A stretch of DNA of 61,968 nucleotides, filler included, from Chiloscyllium plagiosum (lineage: Eukaryota): assembly GCF_004010195.1 (NCBI RefSeq). It is 5 parts of one record of this genome, joined end to end, with 100 filler letters (N's around TTAATTAATTAA, not from the genome) between each part and the next. Parts side by side here need not be neighbours in the genome. Positions count along the whole stretch, not along the records: positions 1 to 14,824 come from NC_057711.1; positions 14,925 to 37,329 come from NC_057711.1; 3 more parts are not named here. The stretch is one strand, 5' to 3'. Positions 11,511-23,130 of this stretch are shown here, one piece after another. The notes under the pieces were generated by a model. It was not told the origin of the DNA and made no database searches. It saw only the letters and a list, made by a program, of their open reading frames with translations. A program made the translations under genes and the position numbers. The first letter of the stretch is position 1. Every line of letters begins with the position of its first letter.

Positions 11511-12232
11511 TGTTGTTGGGAAAAACACCAGTCTCTGCGTCAGAATCAGGGTTCAATGACAGAGTTTATTGCACAAGGAAATACCGGAACTCCGGGGAAC
11601 GAGAGAGACAGCAACAGTGGTCAGCTGCGAGTCTTCTCTCGACCCAGAGCACATGTCAAGAAACTTTTATACATCTTGTGATACAGTAGGAAAGTGATGA
11701 GATTATTGTCTTTGCAACATGGTTTGTTTATGGCAGTCATTGCAGAATCATTGATAGTTTCGATACAGTCTTTGTCAGTTCCAGCGCAGCCTTTGTTGAT
11801 TTCCGCGTGGTCATTGTCAGTTTCAATGTCTGCACAGAAATCCATTGCTGTAGTAATGGGCACTAATCGCTCTTCCTGAGAAGGACGATTAGTGCAGCCC
11901 TGGCTATTAGCATTTCATATTGAGTCTGTATCAAGCTGTTAGCATTTCTGTAAGAAGTGTTGGCTGGCCCCAGACACTTTGGTGGGCAATGTTCGTTACT
12001 CATGTGTATTCTCTACCCCACTTGCCTTAAACTAATCAACTGGGTTGTGAGTGCATTGTGCTGGCATTCTGGTGGCCCCAGGCAGTGTCTGTATCTGCTG
12101 TGCTATCTCTTTCCATATTGTGATCCGGTGGCCATCTTGTGTGTTAAGTTGGCCAACTGATGGCTCTGTGGCCATCTTGTATGTCCATGTGCCTAGTATT
12201 ACCCTGCCCCATGCCATCTCCCTCTTCAATCA
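11511..12232 (-). repeat. ERV 5' LTR (about 720 bp)
   Basis: Minus strand runs TGATTG...CAACA. TATAAAA at 11671-11665, AATAAA at 11570-11565, and a duplicated YY1-like AAGATGGCCAC near 12128-12140 and 12168-12180. The outer boundary is approximate. Confidence 0.7.
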
Positions 12233-12806
12233 TAAGGTAAATAATTTATAGCAAAAGTTTACAGTGTGATGCAATTGAAATTATTTATTGAAAATGATCT
12301 GGATTGTTTTAAGTCTCTCATCTGTTAGAATGACCATGTTGGTTTCATTTCTTTAATATGTAATTCCCAGAACATTTTCAAAGTTACATTCTCAAGTGAA
12401 CTTTAACAATAGGTGCTATGTCAGCTCAGATAATGCATTGAAGATGTGAGGTGCCCTGTGTGAGACTGTCTGTGCCCCAATGTTCAGACTGATTCTGTTT
12501 CTAAAAAAAGGATTAACAGAATTTTAGATTTTTTCATTCAGTTTTGAGCAAAATAAAATCTAATTCTGCAAGTACAAATTCACCCCACAAATTCTGTGTG
12601 TGTGTGTTTTTTTTTTGGGGGGGAAAGAGTGTGAAGTGTTTATGAGAGTCGATGTGTGAGCGTATGAAAGAGAGTCTGCGTGAGTGTATGGGTCTATAGG
12701 AGTGTGTGCGTCGTGTGTGTACAGTGCCTGTAATGTGACATGAACCCATGTTCCTGGTTGAGGCCACCTTCATAGGTACCAAATTTGGCTATTAGCCTCT
12801 GCTTGG

Positions 12807-13031
12807 AGGAGAAAGTGAGGACTGCAGATGCTGGAGATCAGAGCTGAAAATGTGTTGCTGGAAAAGTGCAGCAGGTCAGGCAGCATCCAAGGAACAGGAG
12901 AATCGACGTTTCGGGCATAAGCCCTTCTTCAGGAATAGCCCTGAAGAAGGACTTATGCCCGAAATGTCGATTCTCCTGTTCCTTGGATGCTGCCTGACCT
13001 GCTGCGCTTTTCCAGCAACTCATTTTCAGCT
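12807..13031. mobile_element. Palindromic Penelope-derived mini-element with a hammerhead core on each strand
   Basis: 92-bp inverted arms 12842-12933 and 12940-13031. Hammerhead cores at 12932-12905 (minus) and 12941-12968 (plus). TSD GCTATTAGCCTCTGCTTGG at 12788-12806 and 13029-13047. Confidence 0.85.
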
Positions 13032-14225
13032 ATTAGCCTCTGCTTGGCCACTTTGCGTTGTTGCCTGTCCCGAAGTCCGCCTTGGAGGATGGTCACCTGA
13101 AGGTCCGAAGTCGAATGTCCCACTTCACTGTCGTGTTCTCCGATTGGGAGGGAACACTCCTGGCTGGTGATTGTTGTGTTGTGTCCATTCTTCCGTTGCC
13201 ATAGCCTCTGCTTGGTCTTGCCAATGTACCATGCCTCAGGGCATCCTTGCCTGCAGCGTATGCGATAGATAATGTTGGACAAGTCACATGAGTACATGCG
13301 ACATACATGATGGGTGGTGTCCCCATGTGTAATGGTGGTATCTGTGTCGATACTCTGATACGTCTTGCAGCATCTACCATGACAGGGTTGTATGGTGTTG
13401 TCCTGAAAGCTGGGCAGTTTAATAAGAACAATATGTTTGAGGTTTGGTGGTTGTTTAAAGGCGAGAAGTGGAGGTCTGGGGAATGTCTTGGCGAAATGCT
13501 CATCCTCATCAATAATGTATGCTGTGAAGAACATGCAGTAGTTTTTTGGCTTCTGGGAAGTATTGGACAACAAAGGGTTACCTGTCGGTTGCAGCTTGTG
13601 TCGGTCTTCTGAGGAGGTCATTATGGTTTCTCACTGTGCCATGTCAGAACTGGTGGTTGATGAGTTGAGCATTGTACCCCATTCTTATGAGGGCAACCTT
13701 GAGTACTTCCAAGTGCCTGTCACTTTCCTCCTCATCTGAACAGATCATGTGTATGCATAGGGCTTGCCCATAGGGGATGGCTGCTTTAATATGTTTCAGG
13801 TGGAAACTGGACAAGTGTAGCATCATGAGGTTATCCATGGGTTTGCGGTAGAATGAGGTGCTGAGGTGCCCATCCTAGATAGAGATGCATGTGTCCAAGA
13901 ATGAGACAGACACTAAAGAGTAGTCCATGGTGAGTGTGATGGTGGGATGAGACTCGTTGATATCACTGTGTAGTTGTTTCAGTGACTCCTCGCCATGGGT
14001 CCGGAGGAAGAAAATGGTATCAATGTACCTAGTGTGTACTCTTGGTTGGTGGTCCTGCATAGAGAAGAAGTCTTGTTCAAAGCTGTGCATGAAAATGTTG
14101 GCACATTGGGGTGCAAATTTGGACCCTATGGCTGTTCTGTGTGTCTGGATAAAGAACTGGTTGTCAAAGGTGAAAACGTGATTGAGGATAAAGCAGATGA
14201 GTAGTAGGATGGTGCTTGGAGATTG

Positions 14226-14432
14226 GCATTTGTTGGTGCTGAGTACGGAAGCTGTTGCCGTGACGCCATCGTTGTGGGGGATATTGGAGTAGAGTGCTGA
14301 AATGCTGTGGTGTAAAATTCCAAGCAGTGGAATGTGGTGAAACGGTTAAAAAGCATTTGTTGGTGCTGAGTACGGAAGCTGTTGCCGTGACGCCATCGTT
14401 GTGGGGGATATTGGAGTAGAGTGCTGAAATGC
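14226..14432. repeat. Identical 80-bp direct duplication flanking a 47-bp unrelated spacer
   Basis: 14226-14305 is identical to 14353-14432, inside Penelope RT sequence. Confidence 0.9.
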
Positions 14433-14544
14433 CCATTCAAACGAGGAATGTTCTCTATTCGACTGGTCCGTGGGTGCTGAGTTTCTGTAAGAAATCTGTC
14501 GTGTCGCAACAGAAGCTGCGGGTCCCCGTACAATGGGTTTCAAG

Positions 14545-15120
14545 ATAGAGTCATAGAGTTATAGAGATGTACAGCATGGAAACAGACCCGTCGGTCCAAC
14601 CCATCCATGCTGACCAGATATCCCAACCCAATCTAGTCCCACCTGCCAGCACCCGGCCCATATCCCTCCAAACCCTTCCTAGTCATATACACATCCAAAT
14701 GCCTCTTAACTGTTGCAATTGTACCAGCCTCCACCACGTCCCCTGGCAGCTCATTCCACACACGTACCACCCTCTGTGTGAAAAAGTTGTCCCCTAGGTC
14801 TCTTTTATATCTTTCCCCTCTCACNNNNNNNNNNNNNNNNNNNNNNNNNNNNNNNNNNNNNNNNNNNNTTAATTAATTAANNNNNNNNNNNNNNNNNNNN
14901 NNNNNNNNNNNNNNNNNNNNNNNNCTGCCTGACGGGTACATACTTATCAAGGACACTCAATAGTTGCTCCTTGAACAAGCTCCACATATCAATTACGCCC
15001 TTGCCTTGAAGCTTACTTTTCCAAGCCATACATCCTAAGCCATGCCTCACCGCATCATAATTTCCCTGCCCCCAGCTATAACTCTTGCCCTGTAATAACT
15101 CTTGCCCTGTAGTACACATT
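14545..15120 (-). mobile_element. CR1 LINE (3' end and ORF2 fragment on either side of a spacer)
   Basis: Encodes NFFTQRVVRVWNELP and has a CTCTATGA-type tail. Beyond the gap, WSLFKEQL..VLDKYVP. Confidence 0.85.
14825..14924. other. Artificial 100-bp scaffold spacer (44N-TTAATTAATTAA-44N), also at 37330-37429, 47495-47594 and 55441-55540
   Basis: Identical layout four times. The 12-mer places stop codons in all six frames. Confidence 0.97.
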
Positions 15121-15281
15121 TATCCCTCTCCATCAGATCTAATGCTATCCCTGATTTCTTTTGTAAGCCATGGTTGAATCACCCTTCCTCTTTTACTTTT
15201 ATGCCAGACAGGAATATATAGTTATTGTAATTCAAGTTTGCCTTCTTTAAATTTGAACCACTGCCTATCCCCTATCAACTT

Positions 15282-15600
15282 GGCATGGTGGCTTAGTGGT
15301 TAGCACTGCTGCCTCACAGCGTCAGGAACCCGGGTTCAATTTCCCCCCTTGGGTGACTGTCTGTGTGGAGTTTACATGTTCTCCCTGTGTCTAAATAGGT
15401 TTGCTCCAGTTTCCTCCCACAATCCAAAGATGTGCAGGCAGGTGAATTGGCCATGCTGAATTGCCCATAGCGATAGGTGCATTAGTTAGGGGTAAATACG
15501 AGGTAGGGGAATGGGTCTGGGTAGATTACTCTTTGGAGGGTTGGTATGGACTTGTTGGGCTGAAGAGCCTGTTTCCACACTGTAGGGAATCTAATCTAAC
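15282..15600 (+). mobile_element. tRNA-derived SINE (HE1/V-SINE-like)
   Basis: A box TGGCTTAGTGG, B box GGTTCAATT, body GCCTCACAGCG...TGTGTGGAGTTT, and a CR1-like tail with (CTAAT)n. Confidence 0.88.
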
Positions 15601-17284
15601 TCCTTCAATAAGGATGTGCTATAAATACTTGCCAATTTATGCATCATAGCTCATTTTATTTGGATTTAGATTTCAGATTTAACCACTTCAGTCTCTGTGA
15701 AAGCGATGCAGCCTATCTAGTCTCTCTTCACAGCTGAATCACTCCTGTACAGGCAACATCTATAATTGCTCTTGAACTGAAAGGCTTGCTTGATCAAGAA
15801 GGAGTTAAGCAATCATCCACATTTCTGTGAGTCTGGTGTCATGTATAGACTAGATCAGGTAAGGATGGCAGCTTCCCTCTCTAAAGACTGTGCTTAAACT
15901 AGGCGGGTTTTTACAGCAATTGCCAAAAGTTTCATCAATCCTGATAATCGTTAGCTAGCTTATCAGGATTAGTAGTCCAGCAACATTCCCATTGTATCGC
16001 AATCATCCTGATGCAAAGTTTAGTAATCCAAACCTCTGTTGCCATATTCCAACTTGTACCAACTCTTATTCGCCTAATAATCCAATGCTTGCTGACCTAT
16101 ATTGGCTCCCAGTTAAGCAAAAAAAAACTTTGATTTAAAATTCTAATCCTTATTTAAACTCCTGCTATAGCCTACCCCTCCCAATCTTCATAATCTGCTC
16201 CAGTCCTACAACCACCTGAGAAATTGGCACTCCTAAGTTCTGCCTTAAACATTGCTAAAAGGGGACAAGAAGTTGAAACTATTCATCTTGCATTCATCAG
16301 GACTGGCACCCAAGAAACAGATTTGAACAAAGGAACACCATTTTATGCATCCTGTGAAGTGGACTGGAGAGATGTGCAGGAGGGAGGGCTTTAGATTCCT
16401 GGACACTGGCACTGGCTCTGTGGGAGTTGATACTTTTACAAGTTTGCCAGGTCACATCTGAACAGAGCAGGACAGAGATCCTTCATTTTGCTAACGATGT
16501 TGGTCTGGGCATGAACTAACTCAGTGAAGGTGTGGAAATCAGGACAGAATTTTAGGAAGTAATATCAAGGTGCACAAAATGCCAGGAGAGGCATTAAAAC
16601 ATTAACCTAGAGAATAGTAAATTAATAGGGTGGAGTTGGAATAAGGGAAAAAGTAATGAAGCCTATATCAGGGTTACACAGCATGTATGTGTGACGACAT
16701 TGAGTATAATTATAAAGATTTGGGGGAGGGGGTGGGTTACAGACACATATTGCCTTGTGGGATTATGATGATGTGGTGATTACAGTCTTAATTTAAGGAT
16801 GGTCAGATCTGGATGTCAAATATTTCTGACTACAGGATATTCAAAAAAGATAGGAAAGATCACAAGGCAATGTCCACCCATCAGGTTATAAACCTGGAAG
16901 AGTTAACTCATGTCCTAAACAGTTCTGTTTCTTGTTTGTGTTTGTTACCAATACTATAGTAGCTATAATATGAACCTACTTGTACATTGATTGCAATGTC
17001 TCACAACAGACTATTATATAAGATATAATAAAACTAGCTCTTCAGTAATATGTAATAAACATATTCTGTTTATCTACTATTGAGTCTGCTTGTGTGAATA
17101 TTCTTCCCCACATGGCATGTATAGGCCAAAATAATACCAGAAAGAAAGATTGATGGTAACAAATCTATCCAGGATATCTCAGATGGTTCAGGTGGATGAC
17201 CACAACAATGCAATATGGTGACAGTGGTGAGATCCATTATCTCTTTTAAGATAGAGATATCAATTGGGATCTGAGTATTTCATT

Positions 17285-17512
17285 TAGATTAGATTAGATT
17301 ACTTACAGTGAGGAAACAGGCCCTTCGGCCCAACAAGTCCACACCGCCCTGCCGAAGCGCAACCCACCCATACCCCTACATTTACCCCTTACCTAACACT
17401 ATGGGCAATTTAGCATGGCCAATTCACCTGACCTGCACATCGAGGCGGGAATTGAACCCGGGTCTCTGGCGCTGTGAGGCAGCAGTGCTAACCCTGTGCC
17501 ACCGTGCCGCCC
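17285..17512 (-). mobile_element. tRNA-derived SINE, internally deleted
   Basis: Reverse complement reads GGCACGGTGGCACAGGGTTAGCACTGCTGCCTCACAGCGCC...GGTTCAATTCC, with a (TCTAA)n tail. Confidence 0.85.
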
Positions 17513-18779
17513 ACATTTAGCTGTACCACATAAAAGAGCAGCACTTGTGGGCAACACTGTCACATATAAAAAGGAAAATCAGGTTGGTAGTGGATTGCAA
17601 GAAAAGGAATTTGTGGAATGTCTACACGATGGCTTTTTAGAGCAGCTTCTGGTGGAACCCACTAGGGAACAGGCAATACTGGATTAGTGATGTGCACTGA
17701 GGCAGACTTGACAAGGTGAAGGATCCTTTTGGAGGCAGTGATCAGAAAACAATTGAATTTATTCTGCAACTTGAGAGGGAGAAGATAGAATCAGAGGTAA
17801 TGATATTACAGCTGAATAAAGGCAACTACAGAGGCATGAGGGAGGAGCTGACCAGAATTGACTGGGAGAGGAGCCCAGCAGGCAAGACAGTGAAACCGCA
17901 TAGGCAGGAGTTTCTGGGGGTAATTCTGGAGATACAGCAGAGATTCATCCCGAGGAAAAAGAAGCATGGTACAGTGAGGATGAGGCAACCATGGCTGACT
18001 GGGGAAGTCAGGAATAGCAAAAAAGTAAAAGAGAAAGCATATAATGTGGTAAAGGGCAATGGGAAACCAGAGGATTAGGAAGCTTACAAAGGCTAATAGA
18101 GGGCAACAAAAAAGAAATAAGGGGGGAGAAGGTTAAATACGACGGTAAACTAGCCAGTATTATAAAGGAAGACTGTAAGAGTTTCTTTAGATATATGAAG
18201 GGCAAAAGGGAGACAAAAGTAGACATTGTGCTGCTGGAAAAATTATGCTGGGGAGATAGTAGTGGGGAACAAGGAAATGTCTGAAGAACTGAATAATTAC
18301 TTTGCGACAGTCTTCACAGTGGAAAGCATGAGTAATATCCCAAAAATTCAAGAAAGTGAGGGGAAAGAGCTGAGTATAGTCGCCATCACCAAGGAGAAGG
18401 TGGTAGAAAACCTGAATAGCCTGAAGGTGGACAAATAACCTGACCAGATGGACTATACCCCAGACTTCTAAGGGAGATAGCTGAAGAGGTAATGGAGGTG
18501 TTAGTGATAATCTTTGAGGAATTGCTAGAATCAGGAAGACTCTCTGAGGACCTGGATGGGTGCATAAATAGGAAAAGTTTAGAGGGATATGGACCGGGCG
18601 CTGGCAAGTGGGACTAGATTTGGTTGGGATATCTGGTTGGCATGGACAAGTAGGACTGAAGGGTCTGTTTCCATGCTGTACATCTCTATGACTTTGTGAC
18701 TGGAAAATCAATAATGTGACACCCCTGTTTAAAAAGGGAGTAAGGCAAAAGATGGAAAGTCACAGACAGATTGGCCTAG

Positions 18780-19096
18780 GGGTGGCACGGTGACTCACCA
18801 GTTAACACTGCTGCCTCACAGCGCCAGTGTCCCAGGTTTGATTCCAGCCTTAGGCGACTGTCTGTGTGGAGTTTGCACATTCTCCCCGTGTCTGCGTGGC
18901 TTTCCTCTGGGTGCTCTGGTTTCATCCCACAGTCCAAAGGTGTGCAGGTCAGGTGAATTGGCTATGCTAAATTGCCCATAGTGTGAGGTGCATTAGTCAG
19001 AGTGAAATGGGTCTGGGTGGGTTACTCTTCAGAGGGTTGGTGTGGACTTGTTGGGCTGAAGGGCCTGTTTCCACACTGTAGGGAATCTAATCTAAC
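18780..19096 (+). mobile_element. tRNA-derived SINE nested in CR1
   Basis: Same head, body and tail as 15282-15600. Confidence 0.88.
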
Positions 19097-20167
19097 CTCG
19101 GTCATGGGCAAAATCGTGGAATCCATTGTGAAGGATGAGATTTCTGAATACTTGGAAATGTATGGTATAATAGGGCAAAATCAGCATGGTTTCAAGGGGA
19201 GGTCTTGCCTGACAGATCTGTTAGATTTCTTTGTGGAAGTAATGAGCAGATTAGACCAAGGAGAATAAATTGATGTTTCTATCTGGAATTCTAGAAGGTG
19301 CTGCACAGGAGGCTACTGAGTAAGAAAAGTGCCATGGTGTTTGAGGCAACAAGTTAGCATGAATAAAAGCCTGGCTGTCTGGCAGGCAGCAAAGAGTGGG
19401 GATAAAAGGGTCTTTCTGAGGATGGCAGCTGGTGACAAGTGGTGTTCCACAAGGCTCAGTACTGGGACCACATTTCTCACTTTATACATTAATGATCTAG
19501 ATGAAGCAACTGAGGGCATTCTGGCCAAGTTTGCAGATGATACAAAGATAGGTAGAGGGACAGCTAGCACTGGGGAGTTGGTGAGGCTGCAGAAGGATTT
19601 GGACAGGCTTGGAGAGTGGGCAATGAAGTAGTAGATGGAGTACAATGTGGGAAAGTGTGAGGTCATGCACTTTGGTAGGAAGAATAGAGGAATAGACTAT
19701 TTTCTGAATGGGGAGAAAATTCAGAAGTCTGAAATACGAAGAGACTTGAAAGTTCTAGTCCAGAATTGTCTCAAGGTAAACTTACAAGTAAAGTCAGTTG
19801 TTCGGAAGGCAAATGAAATGATGGCATTTATTTTGAGAGGACTTGAATATTAAAGCAGAGTTGTATTTCTTATGCACTATAATGCTCTGGTTAAACCACA
19901 TTTGGAGTATAATGTGCAGTTTTGGGCCCCATATCTCAGGAAAGATGTATTGACTTCGGCGTATATTCAGAGGATGTTCACATGAATGGTCCCAGGAATG
20001 GAAAGCTCAATATATGAGGATTGTTATGAGGACTCTGGGTCTATACTCAATGCAAGTTATAAGGATGGGGGGAGATCTAATTGAAACATACAGAATACTG
20101 AATGGCCTGGACAGATGAAATGTTGCAAAGATGTTTCCATTTGTAGCAGAGACAAGGAACCAAGGGC

Positions 20168-20291
20168 GAAAGTGAGGACTGCAGACGCTGAAGATTAGAC
20201 TCAAGAGTGTAGTGCTGGAAAAGCCCAGCAGGTCAGGCAGCATCTGAAGAGCAGGAGAGTCGACGTTTCGGGCAAAAGCTCTTCATCAGGA
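20168..20291 (-). mobile_element. Penelope terminal-repeat mini-element with a hammerhead core, nested in CR1
   Basis: Core CUGAUGA-AGAGC-UUUU-GCCC-GAAACGUC at 20289-20262. Flanked by the near-duplicate GAACCAAGGGC/GGACCAAAGGC. Confidence 0.75.
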
Positions 20292-20623
20292 CCAAAGGCA
20301 CAGCTTCAGAGTTAAAGGGAAGACCTTTTAGAACAGAGATAAGGAGGAATTCCTTCAGTCAGCGAGTGGTGGATCATTGCCACAGAAAGCTGCGGAAGCC
20401 AGGTCATTGAGTATATTTAAGACTGAAATAATAGGTTATTGAGTATCAAGGATTATAGGAAGAAAGGGGAAGAATGGGGTTGAGAAACTTATCAGCCATG
20501 ATTGAATGGAGGAGCAGACTCGATGGGTTGATTGGCCTAATTTCTGCTCCTGTGTCTTATGGTTTTATGGTCTAAAAGATGAGTCAGAGAGTTGTGGGTT
20601 GAAATCCTACTTCATTCCTAGAA

Positions 20624-21360
20624 GTAACAAAAAGATGGGGTACTGGGCTAATGGTCGGATACTTGGTAGTGTGGATGAGCAGAGGGATCTTGGTGTCCAT
20701 GTACACAGATCTTTGAAAGTTGCCACCCAGGTAAATAGTGCGGTGAAGAAGGCATATGGCGTAATGGCTTTTATTGGTAGAGGAATTGAGTTCCGGAGTC
20801 CTGAGGTCATGTTGCAGTTGTATAAGACTCTGGTGCGGCCACATCTGGAGAATTGTGTGCAGTTTTGGTCGCCATACTATAGGAAGGATGTGGAGGCACT
20901 GGAACGGGTGCAGAGGAGGTTTACCAGGATGTTGCTTGGTATGGTAGAAAGATCGTATGAGGAAAGGTTGAGGCACTTGGGGTTGTTTTCATTGGAGAAA
21001 AGAAGGTTTAGGGGTGACTTGATAGAGGTGTATAAGATGATTAGGGGTTTTGATAGGGTCGACAGTGAGAATCTTTTTCCACGTATGGAGTCAGCTATTG
21101 CAAGGGGGCATAGCTTTAAATTAAGGGGGGGTAGGTATAGGACAGATGTTAGGGGTAGGTTCTTTACTGAGCGAGTCGTGAGTTCATGGAATGCCCTGCA
21201 AGTAGCAGTGGTGGACTCTCCCTCATTATGGGCATTTAAACGGGCATTGGATAGGCATATGGAGGATAGTGGGCTAGTGTAGGTTAGGTGGGCTTGGATC
21301 GGCGCAACATCGAGGGCCGAAGGGCCTGTACTGCACTGTATTCTTCTATGTTCTATGTTC
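20624..21360 (+). mobile_element. Young 5'-truncated CR1 LINE with an open ORF2 C-terminus
   Basis: Uninterrupted RDLGVHVH...LYKTLVRPHLE.CVQFWSPYYRKD...FFTERVVSSWNAL, followed by a (TTCTATG)n tail. Confidence 0.92.
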
Positions 21361-21379
21361 AGGACTAGTGCACAATACT

Positions 21380-21725
21380 CTCGATTGAATCAGTCTCCAT
21401 GGAGTACTGATAGAATGCTACATTGTGGATCTGTTGCCTTTTGGTTGAGATTTTAAATCAAGGTTCTGTTTACCCCTCTCAGATTGATATAGAAGTTCCC
21501 ACAATACTAATTTAGAGTGAAAACAGAGTTATCCTTGGCATTCTGGCAATATTTATCCTTAAATCTAGTCAATAAATCTTGCTGTTTGTAGGAGCTCACT
21601 GTGTGTAAATTGGTTATAATTTTTATACTGCAATTGTGACTACACTTCAAAGAGCAACTAATTGGCTATAAAGTGCTTTGGGTCATCTGATGGGGATGTA
21701 AGGTGCTATATAAATGCAAGTCCTT
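21380..21725 (+). mobile_element. Deu-domain SINE (SacSINE1/AmnSINE1-like) with L2-type tail
   Basis: AATATTTATCC...TTGCTGTTTGTAGGAGC..TGTGTGTAAATTGG...GTGACTACACTTCAAA...GCTATATAAATGCAAG. Similar decayed copies lie near 23120-23365, 60420-60700 and 61020-61240 (minus). Confidence 0.7.
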
Positions 21726-22599
21726 TCTTTCTACCATCAGATATAAGGATCAGATAGCTCATCAGATGCTTCGGAAGTGTAAACTTGATGCTATTATAGG
21801 TGCATCTTTTTTACCTTCTAATTTCTTGATGCTGTTTACAGAGACATACCTTTCACATCACCATTTAGGAATCCAGTGGTCTCAAGCAATTTTGTGATGT
21901 ATCCTGTAAGTTAAAACACAAATCTTGCAGCTTGGTTTGTTAATATAATGGGTGCTGTTTACCTCTAAAATGGGATCCATGGCATGTGTAAAGTTCTGCT
22001 TTACTGGTCATACTGGATATTGTTTTGGTGCCAATATTAACATGCATGCTCATCAATGCTATTTAAAAAGATTGGCAACTCCTTTCCATTTTGTTTGATT
22101 TCTATGGGCCCCAATAGAATTGTCAAAGTCGTTGGTGGTTTCCAGAGTTATTTAAAGTTGATACTGTCTACAGGAAAGTGGGTCGATAAGTGCCAAGTTG
22201 TTTTGGCCTGACTCCAAGGAATTTGCAAAAATCACTTGCTGTCAGAAATGGGTGCGGCAATTTGCAAACTCTTTGATACAAAGCAAGATGAGGAGAATGA
22301 TCGGAGATTATACTGAGCAAGAGACTGAAAGAGGAAGGACTCTCAGCAAAAGGCTTTTAAACCCAGGGTCTTCAGGAAGTCATTCACTCCCCTAAATCTC
22401 AATGATAAAGAAAATGTCAGATGTTTACACTTCACTAAAGGGGTACCTAATGAAAGCTGCCACTTTCTGCAGTTATAATTGTTTCTCAGAAATGGATGAT
22501 GAAGACGTTGTCAATGGCTCTAATGTGATTGTGGTAATGAATCTATTTTTTACTTTTGACTCCTTTCAGTCAGTATTTGTGACAACTGTCAGATTGTTA

Positions 22600-23130
22600 T
22601 CCACTGTCACATGGGGAGGTCACTAAGGCTCTGAATTCCAAGAAAGCCAAATACATATCAATCTCTTTTTCCATGGAAAAGCAAGTGGTGCAGGCAGAAA
22701 GCTTCATAAGAATTGTAGGCTTTACCATGTTGAAGGGAGCAGTCGGTTGCAGACATATCAAATTATGGGCACAGTTTGTCAACTCTAAGATGTACTGATT
22801 TAACTGATATATGAGCGTTCTCAGTGTATCATGTAGGCCGATTTCTCTTGCCCAGCAGAAGGAATGATGCCTAAATTCTGCTACAGTTTGTTGTGTCAAA
22901 TGCATTAGAATCATCATGACAAACTAGAGGGTAGTTACTGGGCAACAAAGGTATCTGCTGACCACAGGGGTCATGATCCTGGCCACACCCAATGCTTTGT
23001 CATGAAAAGGGATTGAATGAACAATTGGGGTGCTCATCATTGCTTCTGTTTCTTGATCCACTGGGGAAGTGATGCAGTTGTCAAGATTCATTATGATCAG
23101 CTACATGTTGCACAACGTCGCCATTATAAA
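22600..23130 (+). mobile_element. Harbinger/HARBI1-like transposase fossil
   Basis: Remnants FIRIVGFTMLKGAVGCRHI (cf. FxxIAGFPxVxGAIDCTHI), LLGNKG (cf. LLGDxGY) and ..MLHN. Heavily mutated. A weaker similar remnant lies near 31600-31900 on minus. Confidence 0.5.

Larger units (their letters stand above)
7901..12232 (-). mobile_element. Truncated, internally inverted endogenous retrovirus (5' LTR-PBS-gag region-pro-RT-tether) with spuma/loki-like pol
   Basis: LTR 12232-11511, PBS 11508-11491, protease LVDT(R)AALS, and RT N-half on minus. The RT C-half and tether lie on plus at 7901-8239 and 9440-9680. Confidence 0.85.
12240..14545 (-). mobile_element. Penelope-like element, second family (decayed RT and GIY-YIG)
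   Basis: Motifs ISALYSNIPHNDG, RYIDTIF, VSFLDT and AIPYGQAL, plus GIY-YIG IIYRIRCRQGCPEAWYIGKTKQRL.QR.NGH. Confidence 0.88.
16340..20570 (+). mobile_element. Long fragmented CR1 LINE (ORF1 esterase remnant, endonuclease, RT, 3' end) with nested insertions
   Basis: ..CRREGFRFLGHW.. remnant, then FLEQ..EPTREQAILD, LYINDLDE..EGILAKFADDTKIG and YNVGKCEVMHFG. Interrupted by SINEs, a CR1 tail and a Penelope mini-element. Confidence 0.85.

Noticed and set aside
14226..14432. Repeat-spacer-repeat resembling a CRISPR unit
   Set aside because: Only two 80-bp repeats, derived from Penelope RT coding sequence, in a vertebrate context with no cas genes.
14869..14880. Recurrent TTAATTAATTAA palindrome as a biological motif
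   Set aside because: Always centred in exactly 44+44 Ns, so it is an assembly linker.
15282..15350. tRNA genes at SINE heads (also 17450-17512, 18780, 35140-35207, 36569)
   Set aside because: A and B boxes run directly into SINE body and LINE-like tail, with no complete cloverleaf.
20506..21282. 258-aa ORF as a host or domesticated gene
   Set aside because: Chance fusion of an older CR1 tail and flank to the ORF2 C-terminus of a young 5'-truncated CR1.
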